Source of the DNA: a virus
Lineage: Duplodnaviria > Caudoviricetes
Virus record (IMG/VR): IMGVR_UViG_3300050156_000143
Coordinates: 96,001-160,000 of that record
Length of the DNA stretch: 64,000 bases
Reading direction: 5' to 3' (one strand)
Positions 41,034 to 50,570 of the stretch are shown here, piece by piece (the first letter of the stretch is position 1; each line of letters opens with the position of its first letter). The notes under the pieces were generated by a model. It worked only from the letters and a program-made list of their open reading frames with translations. It was not told where the DNA came from and made no database searches. A program made the translations under genes and the position numbers.

Positions 41034-43550
41034 ATGGACGAAAATCTAAGTGCAGCAATGGAAGACTTTCTGCGAGTCTGTCAAGACGGTGAGAAACAGC
41101 TTCGAGACAATTCTGCTAGTAAGGCTTTGGCTGCACTTGAAGCGGACGTTGAGGAAAAGAAGAAAAAACTATTCCAATTCATGAAAGACGGTGTTGGTCA
41201 CGCAACCAACAAGGGAATAGAGTTTGGTAAAACCATGAACTCTGCCACGGCAGGTTCTACCAAATATGCCCACGTTGTTTCAGAATTTGGATATGGTCTA
41301 CAAAATTTAGTAGGCAATATTGGTGGTATGACTTCCCTCATTGGGGGCGGCGTTATCTTTGCATTGTATAAACTAGTGGCTACCACACTAGAACAAAATG
41401 ACCTAGTGTTGGACAACTATGATAAGTTAGCTGATTTTGGTGCTGCTGGTGCATTTAACGCAGACCAATTGCGAGAAATGTCTCTGCACGCTGGCTACAC
41501 CGTTGCCAAGATGCAAGATGTTACTGGAGCTTTGGGAAAAGTTAATACCAGTTTGCTATATCTTGGCGCATCTTCGGGCGAAGGTATGAAACGATTCTTT
41601 GAATTGGCTGAAACCACTCAAGAAACCAGAAACCAATTCAGATTACTCGGATATTCACAGGCAGAATTGATCGAGGCCCAGGCCGATTATGTCAAGCTAC
41701 AAACATTGATGGGAAGCAAGCGCACTAAAACGATCAAACAAGAACAAACCGCATCTTTGCGCTATGCGGTGGAATTGACTGAGCTTGCGGCATTGACTGG
41801 GAAATCTCGTAAAGACCTCACTGATTTACAACAAAAACAACTGCAAGATGTTGCGTTCAGTATGGCAGTGCAAGAGGCGAATGCAAAAAGTTCCAATCAA
41901 GCTGGTAACAGAATGCTAGAAGCTGCGACTTACATTGAGGCGATCTCTGGCAGTTCAGAATTGGCAGAAGGTGTTAGGCAATTTTTAAGAAACGGTATGG
42001 CCACCAGTGATGCGGGGCAATCTTTACTCAGATTGACTGGTGGGGCAATATCGACGTGGACACGGCAGTTTAAGCGTGGGGACATTGATGCAATAGATTT
42101 GACTCGCAATATCGCCGATTCTTATCGAACCCTGACTGCGACAAATGGTGATGTGGCACAAATGAGTGATGAATTCAGGAAATTCTTGAATCTCACACCA
42201 GAAACCATGCAGCTCATGTCTAGAAAACTGGATATGTCACGCGAAGATGTAACAAAGTTGGTTGAATCGGCAAAAACAAATGCGGGGGATGCACAAAAAG
42301 CTAGATTGGCGATGGACACCACCGAAAATGCGTTGTCCCTAGCATTTGACAATTTGATAAAACTCATTTCTGGGCCGATTAACCAAGGATTTACGGCCAT
42401 GATGAACACTTTTACCTCACTCATCACTGGCATATCTGAGAACAGCTTTTTCAAGCAATTTGTTAATTCAGATATTGCGTTAACTGTTTTCAAAGATGCG
42501 AGTGACGCTTTTTCTGAATATCGCAAATCCAACGAACAAATCGATGCACTAGAAAAAGCTCTTGCTATTCCTGGTAATCAGATTCGCAGAGGGGTGAAAG
42601 AGCGATTAACCGCTGATCTTGCCCGTGCGAGAAAACGTCGTGATGAAGCTGGGAAATATCTTAATCAACACGCTGTCACTACCGTGACTCCAAAACAGAC
42701 GGTTGGGGCAAACGGTAAAAACGCCCCCGTGGCAGAAGATATGCCCACCAGTCAGCCATCATCTACGCCCAGTGGCATTAAAACTGGCGCACCAGGGGCT
42801 GAACAGTTGATGCAACTTATTGGAACAGCTTCAAAAACAGATTTCAGTAAAGAGTCACGTGTCAAAATCGAAGATGTGTTTGAGTTTGGTGATAACACGG
42901 GTAGCAAAGATAATTTTCTAAAACTGGACGCGGATTTGAAGTCCAGGATGACCAATCTTGCGGAAATATATTTTAAAAGCACTGGGCAAAAAATTAAGAT
43001 AAACAGTGCTTTTAGAACCTTTGAGGATCAACTGCGGATTGCTGGTGATCCAAAATCTGCGGGGGCAAAATATGATATTGCCAAACCAGGACATAGTTAC
43101 CACGAACTTGGTCAAGCGGTGGATATTGACCAAGACCAAGCAAATTATCTGGAATCATCTGGTATTTTGGGGAAAGCTGGACTCAAACGTCCAGTTAAAA
43201 CTGATCCTGTGCATATTCAAAAGGCGCGAAACGGCGGCGTGTTCAATGGGCCAATGAGTGGTTATCCAATGGAATTTCACGGTTTGGAGGCAGTGGTTCC
43301 ATTGCCCAATGGGCATACCATCCCCGTGTCCATAGACCTTGGCCAAGAATTGATGAAAGCGGCTCAGACAGAGGAGCAAACCGCATCTAACCTCCAATCC
43401 GGTGCCAATGTGGAAACCGTGATCCAAGAGGTTGCCAACCCTTCTCAACCACTTTTGGCCATGTTGTCTGAACAATTGGCAATTGTGTTGGAGAAACTCA
43501 AAGACAACACCAGAATACAACAACAACTTGAGAGGCACCTGGGCGCATGA
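41034..43550 (+). CDS. Tape-measure-like protein with M15/VanY-type peptidoglycan peptidase domain
   Basis: Long helical region; INSAFRTFEDQ...PGHSYHELGQAVD...DPVH; C-terminal GGVFNGPMSGYPMEFHGLEAVVPL. Confidence 0.75.
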   Translation: MDENLSAAMEDFLRVCQDGEKQLRDNSASKALAALEADVEEKKKKLFQFMKDGVGHATNKGIEFGKTMNSATAGSTKYAHVVSEFGYGLQNLVGNIGGMTSLIGGGVIFALYKLVATTLEQNDLVLDNYDKLADFGAAGAFNADQLREMSLHAGYTVAKMQDVTGALGKVNTSLLYLGASSGEGMKRFFELAETTQETRNQFRLLGYSQAELIEAQADYVKLQTLMGSKRTKTIKQEQTASLRYAVELTELAALTGKSRKDLTDLQQKQLQDVAFSMAVQEANAKSSNQAGNRMLEAATYIEAISGSSELAEGVRQFLRNGMATSDAGQSLLRLTGGAISTWTRQFKRGDIDAIDLTRNIADSYRTLTATNGDVAQMSDEFRKFLNLTPETMQLMSRKLDMSREDVTKLVESAKTNAGDAQKARLAMDTTENALSLAFDNLIKLISGPINQGFTAMMNTFTSLITGISENSFFKQFVNSDIALTVFKDASDAFSEYRKSNEQIDALEKALAIPGNQIRRGVKERLTADLARARKRRDEAGKYLNQHAVTTVTPKQTVGANGKNAPVAEDMPTSQPSSTPSGIKTGAPGAEQLMQLIGTASKTDFSKESRVKIEDVFEFGDNTGSKDNFLKLDADLKSRMTNLAEIYFKSTGQKIKINSAFRTFEDQLRIAGDPKSAGAKYDIAKPGHSYHELGQAVDIDQDQANYLESSGILGKAGLKRPVKTDPVHIQKARNGGVFNGPMSGYPMEFHGLEAVVPLPNGHTIPVSIDLGQELMKAAQTEEQTASNLQSGANVETVIQEVANPSQPLLAMLSEQLAIVLEKLKDNTRIQQQLERHLGA

Positions 43551-46030
43551 CCGAACACGAATTGAGAGAACTGAGTTATCAATTTGACAGACTCACTCGC
43601 GCCCTAAAAGGCAACACTGACGCTGCTTCAGAGATAAAAAAGACCGAATATCAAACTGCTAAAAAAATCGTTGATATAAAACTCGGTGGCGTGCGAGTAA
43701 CTAAACAGTCGTTCAAATCGTTGTATGACTTGGGCGATGTCATGTTGTCCAATTCAAATGATCTAGGCCGATATGGCAAAGTGGTGAACACTCTGGCCAA
43801 GAATTTGGGGCAGGTTGCGGGCCAACATGGGAGACAGGGAATAGTCATCGGCGCATCTATCAAGGTGCTTGGATCGTTTGTTTCCGCGATAACAGATCAA
43901 TTTAAGGCCACTCTTGCTGCACATGATGTTCTTGCAAAACATGGCGCCACCTTGCAGATCAACAGTAACCAACTTCTGCAATCAGCAAATGCGTCTATGT
44001 TTACGTCTAAAACATTGGAACAACTTGCAAACACCGTTGGCAAACTTGGCCCAAATTTGTTATCCATCGATTCCACCACTTCTGGCGCCACTTATAAGTT
44101 CATACAGTTGGCCAACGTTGGCCGAGAGGTTACCAATGAATTCAGTAATGTCGGCATAGAACAACAAAAATTGGCGGAATTGCAAGCAAACTATCTGGGG
44201 CAACAGACATTCTTGGGATTGCCCCTTGAAAAAAATGTTGATACAGAACGCATAGCAAGTTTGGCCTATGTTGACAACATTTTGATGCTCACCCAGTTGA
44301 CTGGAAATTCAAAACAAGAACTGGTGGAAAAACTTGCCGCACAAAAGCGTGATGTGGCCTTTTCGTTGAAATTGGCACAGTATCAGCAAAATGGTGACAT
44401 AGCAACAGTCACCAGACTCCAAAACGCTGAAGTGCTGATGCAGTCATTTGGCGACGATTATGCAGCAGGTGTGAGAGACATAATCACGAACTTCACTGCC
44501 ACCACAGAGGAGGGAAAAACGTTACTCGGATTAACCAATGGCCAAATCGTTGGGTGGTCACACTTATTGACCGATGGCAAGATTTCTGAGGAAGAATATG
44601 CTAGACGGGTAGCGTTAGCATTTGAAGCAAAAAAACAACTATATGGTAGCTCCGTGGGTGTCGGGTTCATGGGAGACACGGTGGCTAGATCACTGGGCAT
44701 CACATCACGAGCGCAAGAGGCGTCTATTGCCGCTTTATCGGGTAGAACCACAGTTGAGGCAAGACAGCGGCTATCTGAATCCAAAAAACACGGTGATTCA
44801 CTGAATGCCAGTAGAAACGCTCAATTGAATGCAGAACGTACTCTCGGAACAGCGATGGACAAATTGCTGGCATCGGCTGGCAAACCTGCTGCATCAGCTT
44901 TTCAAATGTTGGCTGATTTGACTGTAGGAACCATTCGGATCGTTGCAAAAACAGTGCAAATGTTTGGGGGAGAATTGTTCGACGGTGTGGATAGGTTTTT
45001 ATACACTGTGCCAGAAATTAAGGAACAAATTGCCGACATCACTGATTCCATTTTGAAATCAAATGTGGGGATACAAAAGCAGGAGAAAATTGTTGAAAAG
45101 TTTTCTCAATTTCTATTAGACGATCCACTTAATTATGAACTAAATGCTGAGTTGTCAAACGAGCAAGACAAGTTAGAAACGCTGAGGAGTAAGCGTGCCA
45201 AACTTGAAAAAACCCGTGAGCAAAAGGAAAAAACACTTGCTGAATTATCGGCCCAACAAAATGACCCGGCAAAGTTAGAGCAAGTTTCCCAAACTAGAAC
45301 CTCATCGGTTAAGAAATTATTGGACTACATAGGTGGACTTGAATCAGGCGGAAATTACAACGTGGTCAACGGTGGGTCTCGGTACAATTTAACCGAAATG
45401 ACAGTGGGTGAGGTGATCAGCTTGCAAGACAAAATTGTGGCTAACGGGGGCCAATCTGCTGCGGGAAAATATCAAATCAAAAAATCTACACTCCAAGGAT
45501 TGGTCAATAGCGGAGTGGTATCGTATCGTCAAAAGTTCAATGAATCTACTCAGGATATTCTTGGGGAAAGTTTGCTGAAGCGTCGTGGGTATGACAAGTT
45601 TCAGCAAGCCCATGATTATGAATCTTTTGCTGATAGCTTGGCGGCAGAGTGGGCAGGATTACCAACCCGGTCAGGTAAATCATACTACCAAGGTGTGGGC
45701 AATAATAAAGCACTCGATTCAAGAGCCAATTTCATCAACGTACTTAAAGCGAAAAATGGCGGGGTATTCGACGGCCCAATGAGTGGGTATCCGATGGAGC
45801 TTCACGGGAAAGAGGCTGTGGTTCCACTAACTTCGGAACACACCATTCCAGTGAAATTACCTTTGCCCAAAGTTGAACCCAAAATGGACAACACGGTGCG
45901 CAAGGTGGTTAAACAAGTTGCAATACAACTGGACATCACCGAGTTGCTAAAGTTGATAAAACAGGTCGGCGAGGAGATCGACAAAAGCACTGCAATACAA
46001 ACTCACATACTGAGACAAGTCCGTAACTAA
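43547..46030 (+). CDS. Tape-measure-like protein with lysozyme/lytic transglycosylase domain
   Basis: LLDYIGGLESGGNYN...MTVGEV...AAGKYQI...EWAGLP...SYYQGVGNNKA; C-terminal GGVFDGPMSGYPMELHGKEAVVPL. Confidence 0.75.
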   Translation: MTEHELRELSYQFDRLTRALKGNTDAASEIKKTEYQTAKKIVDIKLGGVRVTKQSFKSLYDLGDVMLSNSNDLGRYGKVVNTLAKNLGQVAGQHGRQGIVIGASIKVLGSFVSAITDQFKATLAAHDVLAKHGATLQINSNQLLQSANASMFTSKTLEQLANTVGKLGPNLLSIDSTTSGATYKFIQLANVGREVTNEFSNVGIEQQKLAELQANYLGQQTFLGLPLEKNVDTERIASLAYVDNILMLTQLTGNSKQELVEKLAAQKRDVAFSLKLAQYQQNGDIATVTRLQNAEVLMQSFGDDYAAGVRDIITNFTATTEEGKTLLGLTNGQIVGWSHLLTDGKISEEEYARRVALAFEAKKQLYGSSVGVGFMGDTVARSLGITSRAQEASIAALSGRTTVEARQRLSESKKHGDSLNASRNAQLNAERTLGTAMDKLLASAGKPAASAFQMLADLTVGTIRIVAKTVQMFGGELFDGVDRFLYTVPEIKEQIADITDSILKSNVGIQKQEKIVEKFSQFLLDDPLNYELNAELSNEQDKLETLRSKRAKLEKTREQKEKTLAELSAQQNDPAKLEQVSQTRTSSVKKLLDYIGGLESGGNYNVVNGGSRYNLTEMTVGEVISLQDKIVANGGQSAAGKYQIKKSTLQGLVNSGVVSYRQKFNESTQDILGESLLKRRGYDKFQQAHDYESFADSLAAEWAGLPTRSGKSYYQGVGNNKALDSRANFINVLKAKNGGVFDGPMSGYPMELHGKEAVVPLTSEHTIPVKLPLPKVEPKMDNTVRKVVKQVAIQLDITELLKLIKQVGEEIDKSTAIQTHILRQVRN

Positions 46031-46037
46031 ATACGGA

Positions 46038-47759
46038 ATGTATAAAAAACGGTTTTCTAGTGTAAATTCAACTGGGTCATTTTCTCCAATCTCTGGTGGG
46101 CGAGGATATGGAGCAACTGAAGCATTTGGATTTGCAAACTGGCAATCCCAATTACCAGAAGTTTACACCGGACACCCGAATCGAGTTGAGCGATACAACC
46201 AGTATGAGTTGATGGATTATGACCCAGAGATTAACTCATGTTTGGATATTATCGCTGAATTGTCCACCCAGAGAAATGATCGCAATAACACCCCGTTTGA
46301 CATAACCTTTAATGAAGACCCGACCCCGCATGAAGTTGAACTCATTGGGAAACAGTTGAAGCAATGGTGCAAACTCAATGAGTTTGATCTGAGAACTTTC
46401 AAATTGTTTCGCAACTGTTTGAAATATGGTGATCAGGTTTTTCTTCGTGACCCAGAGACTTTTAAGCTGAACTGGGTAGACATGACCAAAGTGGTCAAAG
46501 TCATCGTGAGCGAATCTGAGGGAAAACTGCCAGTTCAATATGTTATTCGGGATATAAACCCAAATCTACAAAACTTGACTGTCGCCTCAAAGACCACTAA
46601 AGACTTTGGCACAGCAAGTATTGCTAACGCTGGTGCCACTACTCCCAATAATTTTACATCCCCTGGCGGAAACATTGGCCCAGGTGGATCACGTTTTCAG
46701 CACAGTATAAGCGAAGGTGCAATCGATGCTGAACATATTGTGCATCTTAGCTTGACCGAAGGTTTGGACAGGTTTTGGCCATTTGGTCAATCAATTTTAG
46801 AAAACGTCTTCAAAGTATTCAAACAAAAACAGCTCATTGAAGACGCCATTTTGATTTACCGGATTCAGCGTGCGCCTGAACGTAGAAAATTTACTGTGCA
46901 TACTGGAACTTTGCCAAACCATTTGGCAATGGCGCATTTAGAGCGTATGAAAAATGAGGCGCACCAGCGTCGTATACCGTCGCTCAGTGGTGGGCAAGCC
47001 ACGATGGATGCAACGTACAACCCGTTGTCCATCAATGAAGATTATTGGTTCGCACGTGACCAAGAGGGTAAAGGCATGGATGTGGAAATCATGCCAGGTG
47101 GCCAAAACCTTGGTGAAATCACCGACTTAAAATATTTCACAAACCAGCTTGCGCGTGGCCTGCGAGTGCCAAGCTCATACCTACCTTCTGGCACAGAGGA
47201 AAGTTCAACTGCGATGCACGATGGGCGTGTTGGTACTGCGCTAATCCAAGAAAGTCAGTTCAACAACTATTGCCAAAGACAGCAACGGTTCATTTGCAAA
47301 AAACTCAATGAGGAGTTTAAGTTATTTTTGAACTGGCGTGGTTTCAACATCGACTCATCGTTGTTCGACATTAATTTCACCGTGCCCCAAAATTTTGCTG
47401 CATATCGGCAATCCGAGCTTGACTCGGCCCGTGTTAGCACTTTTATGAGCATGGAAGCATTACCTTATATGTCCAAGCGTTTTGCACTAGAAAAATATAT
47501 GTGCATGTCGCAAGAAGATATTAAACGCAATGAATCAATGTGGCATGAAGAAAGAAACACACCCGCCAAAGAAACCCCCAAAGGTACAGATATGAGAGGC
47601 ATTGGCATTTCGTCGGGGGATATCGGTTCTGATGCCGATTTGGCAGACGATTTACTTCAACCTGAAGAACCGTTTGGAGGCCCGATGGCCCAGGACATGG
47701 GCATGGAGCCGCCATTAGCGCCGCCTCAAGGTAGTGCGCAACCAACCCCGGAATTATAA
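46038..47759 (+). CDS. gp20: Portal protein, T4 gp20-like
   Basis: YELMDYDPEINSCLDII, EDAILIYRIQRAPERR, EDYWF, LPGGQNLGE-like, LRVPSSYL. Confidence 0.93.
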   Translation: MYKKRFSSVNSTGSFSPISGGRGYGATEAFGFANWQSQLPEVYTGHPNRVERYNQYELMDYDPEINSCLDIIAELSTQRNDRNNTPFDITFNEDPTPHEVELIGKQLKQWCKLNEFDLRTFKLFRNCLKYGDQVFLRDPETFKLNWVDMTKVVKVIVSESEGKLPVQYVIRDINPNLQNLTVASKTTKDFGTASIANAGATTPNNFTSPGGNIGPGGSRFQHSISEGAIDAEHIVHLSLTEGLDRFWPFGQSILENVFKVFKQKQLIEDAILIYRIQRAPERRKFTVHTGTLPNHLAMAHLERMKNEAHQRRIPSLSGGQATMDATYNPLSINEDYWFARDQEGKGMDVEIMPGGQNLGEITDLKYFTNQLARGLRVPSSYLPSGTEESSTAMHDGRVGTALIQESQFNNYCQRQQRFICKKLNEEFKLFLNWRGFNIDSSLFDINFTVPQNFAAYRQSELDSARVSTFMSMEALPYMSKRFALEKYMCMSQEDIKRNESMWHEERNTPAKETPKGTDMRGIGISSGDIGSDADLADDLLQPEEPFGGPMAQDMGMEPPLAPPQGSAQPTPEL

Positions 47760-47762
47760 AGT

Positions 47763-47984
47763 ATGAAACTGTATGAAATGTTTAACCAGCCCGTGCAGGG
47801 TTATCAAGACCTCGGGGGGGACAACTCCAGAGTCCGATGGGCTGATGCTCGCAAGACAAAACTAACTTTGCGCCAAATTCGCAAACTGCGAAAGATGCAC
47901 GATGTTAGAAATTATGAACGCTCACGGTATTTGGAAAAGGTTAGAAATCAATATCAACCCGCCCAACAAGCACCAGCGTTTTAG
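47763..47984 (+). CDS. Small prohead core protein (positional)
   Basis: 73 aa between portal and acidic core gene; MKLYE leader. Confidence 0.55.
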   Translation: MKLYEMFNQPVQGYQDLGGDNSRVRWADARKTKLTLRQIRKLRKMHDVRNYERSRYLEKVRNQYQPAQQAPAF

Positions 47985-48058
47985 CCAAATTGTAGCTTAA
48001 ATGCAGCAAACAGTTGCTTACTGCTACATATAGATATTAACTGCCATTAAAAGGAGAT

Positions 48059-48781
48059 TTGATAATGGACAAACTGTATAAGAAATTGATGGAAGCCGTG
48101 GTTAGCGATGACCCAAGCGCGAAAGACCATACCCACAAGATTTTTGTGAACATTTCCCGCGAGATTTATGAATCACTGGAAATGGAAGATCGTGGCGATG
48201 AAGTTGGCGACATGATCGACGATGTTAAATCCGATGAAACTGGCCTAGACGCTGATGTTGACGATACCGATGACGATATTGGTTTTGAAGACCCTGAGTT
48301 TGAAACTGACCCAGACGATGTTGATCCCGATGACTCCGACGATCTGGAAGACCGTGTGATCGACCTTGAAGACGAGCTTGATCGCCTGCAAGCCGAGTTT
48401 GAAGAACTGATGGCTAAGGAAGAAGGCGAGCACGCTGAGTTTGAGGATTCTGATCTTGAAGACGATGCTGATCTAGAAGATGAAGACGATGAATTCGACG
48501 ACGAGGATGATGACCATTTGTCTGAAGCAATCGAGCTAAAGAAGATCACCCCGTCTTACCCTGCGGTGGCTGGTAACACCAAGAGCACAGTGGCATCGGC
48601 AAACAAGATTGGCGGACATGGTAAGCCAGTTAACTTCTCATCTACTGCTGAAAAAGGCCGTGTTGCACCTACCCCCAAACAGTTGGGAGCAATGTCTTAC
48701 GAAAATTCCCCAGGTCGCAATCCAAAGTTGCATCCAGTTTCTAAGACCACCGTTAAGGAATCGACCAAGCGTCGTAAGTAA
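48059..48781 (+). CDS. Acidic prohead core protein (gp67-like by position)
   Basis: Very D/E-rich, LSE motif, AGGAG SD, upstream of protease. Confidence 0.65.
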   Translation: MIMDKLYKKLMEAVVSDDPSAKDHTHKIFVNISREIYESLEMEDRGDEVGDMIDDVKSDETGLDADVDDTDDDIGFEDPEFETDPDDVDPDDSDDLEDRVIDLEDELDRLQAEFEELMAKEEGEHAEFEDSDLEDDADLEDEDDEFDDEDDDHLSEAIELKKITPSYPAVAGNTKSTVASANKIGGHGKPVNFSSTAEKGRVAPTPKQLGAMSYENSPGRNPKLHPVSKTTVKESTKRRK

Positions 48782-48783
48782 TA

Positions 48784-49422
48784 ATGGCAGGCTATCTCAG
48801 AGAGCAATTGTCGTTTGACCGGGCGAATATGGTAATTGAATCCATATCGGACAATGACAACAAAAAGAGTCTGTATATGAAGGGCATTTTCATTCAAGGG
48901 AATGTGCGTAATCACAATCAGCGCGTATACCCTTCGAGTGAAATTAAAGTGGCCGTCAATACGCTCAATCAGCAAATTACTTCTGGGTATAGCGTTTGGG
49001 GTGAATTAGACCACCCAGATGATGTCACGATTAATCTAGACCGGGCTTCCCACATGATAACCAAAATGTGGATGGATGGCCCGGACGGTTATGGACAACT
49101 CAAGATTATTCCCACACCTATGGGGGAAATCGTGAGAGTCATGATTGAATCTGGTGGAAAACTTGGTGTATCAAGTCGTGGAACAGGGGATGTGGATTAT
49201 TTATCCGGCAAAGTAAGCGGATTTAAAATTACCACAGTTGACATCGTGGCTCAACCATCGGCTCCAGATGCTTATCCACGTGCAATTTACGAATCTCTGA
49301 TGAACATGAAATATGGGCACAGAGTTCCCGATATGGCCAAAGATGCGCTAATTAACCCTAACATGCAGAAATTTCTCAAAACAGAGGTTATTAGGCTAAT
49401 AAATGAGCTTAAAGTTAAATAA
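48784..49422 (+). CDS. gp21: Prohead core protease, gp21
   Basis: LYMKGIFIQGNVRNHNQRVYP, WGELDHP, LGVSSRGTG, TVDIVAQPSAPDAY. Confidence 0.95.
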   Translation: MAGYLREQLSFDRANMVIESISDNDNKKSLYMKGIFIQGNVRNHNQRVYPSSEIKVAVNTLNQQITSGYSVWGELDHPDDVTINLDRASHMITKMWMDGPDGYGQLKIIPTPMGEIVRVMIESGGKLGVSSRGTGDVDYLSGKVSGFKITTVDIVAQPSAPDAYPRAIYESLMNMKYGHRVPDMAKDALINPNMQKFLKTEVIRLINELKVK

Positions 49423-49443
49423 CATCAATATGAAAGGTAAAGC

Positions 49444-50547
49444 ATGAAGAATGATGCGTTTAAGCCACTTTTGGAATCGGGCATCATCAATAAAGAAACT
49501 CACCAAGCTATCACGGAAGCGTGGGATTCAAAATTGATGGAAGCACGTGAAGAAGTGCGCGCTGAATTGCGTGCTGAGTTTGCACAGCGACACGAACATG
49601 ACACCAAAGTTATGTCGGAAGCTCTTGACAAGATGATCCGTGAAAACATGGAATCTGAGATTCGGGAATTCCGTGAAGATCGCAAGATGATTGCTGAAGA
49701 TCGCGTGAAAGCTCAACGAATGGTACGGGAAAACGTGGGTAAGGTCAATGACTTCATCTTGCTGCGTTTGTCGGAAGAAATTAAAGAACTGCGTGCTGAA
49801 CGCCAACAATTAAAAGAATCTCAGCACAAGTTGGAGCAATTTGTCATCAAAGCTCTGGCTGAAGAAATCAAAGAATTTTCACAAGACAAGCGTGCTGTGG
49901 TCGAAGCTAAAGTCAAACTGGTGCGAGAAGGTAAGCAAAAGATTGCTGAAACTCAGGCCAAATTTGTTGCCGAAAATGCAGCGAAAGTTAAGCGTTTTGT
50001 TACTCAGCACATGAAGCGGGAAATGGGTCAGCTCAAAGAAGACATTAAGCAAGCCAAGGAAAACAATTTTGGCCGCAAGATTTTTGAAGCATATATGAGT
50101 GAATTTTCCACTTCATATCTGAATGAAAAAGTTGAAACTAAACGATTGCTAGATCAATTACGAGAATCTCAACACCAACTTTCTGAATCGATTGCTGCAC
50201 AAAAGAAGGCACAGCGACTAATCGAATCTAAAGAATTTGAAATTCGCAAAGTCAAAGAATCGAATGTGCGAGATAAGCAACTCGCAGAATTGACCGGTAG
50301 TTTGAATCCAGAAAAGGCCGCCACTATGCGCAATTTGCTGGAAAACGTTCAAACCGCAAACTTGAAGCGCGAATTTGACAAATACCTTCCAGCAGTGTTG
50401 GACGGTGCTCGCACAAAGTCTCGTATGGTGACTGAAGCTCGCATTGAAGTAACTGGCAATAAAAATGGGGCGGATGTTCTGCCACATTCGAGTGATGAAT
50501 TTGATCGCTTGAAAGAAGAAACCCGCCGCCTGGCTGGGATGAAATAA
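49444..50547 (+). CDS. gp22: Prohead scaffold protein, gp22-like
   Basis: Coiled-coil E/K/R-rich; between gp21 and gp23. Confidence 0.85.
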   Translation: MKNDAFKPLLESGIINKETHQAITEAWDSKLMEAREEVRAELRAEFAQRHEHDTKVMSEALDKMIRENMESEIREFREDRKMIAEDRVKAQRMVRENVGKVNDFILLRLSEEIKELRAERQQLKESQHKLEQFVIKALAEEIKEFSQDKRAVVEAKVKLVREGKQKIAETQAKFVAENAAKVKRFVTQHMKREMGQLKEDIKQAKENNFGRKIFEAYMSEFSTSYLNEKVETKRLLDQLRESQHQLSESIAAQKKAQRLIESKEFEIRKVKESNVRDKQLAELTGSLNPEKAATMRNLLENVQTANLKREFDKYLPAVLDGARTKSRMVTEARIEVTGNKNGADVLPHSSDEFDRLKEETRRLAGMK

Positions 50548-50570
50548 GACATATCAAAGGAGAATACATT

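Noticed and set aside
48166-48549. Ser-rich 127-aa minus ORF
   Set aside because: Antisense shadow of the D/E-rich core gene (GAT/GAA codons read as Ser/Ile/Phe).
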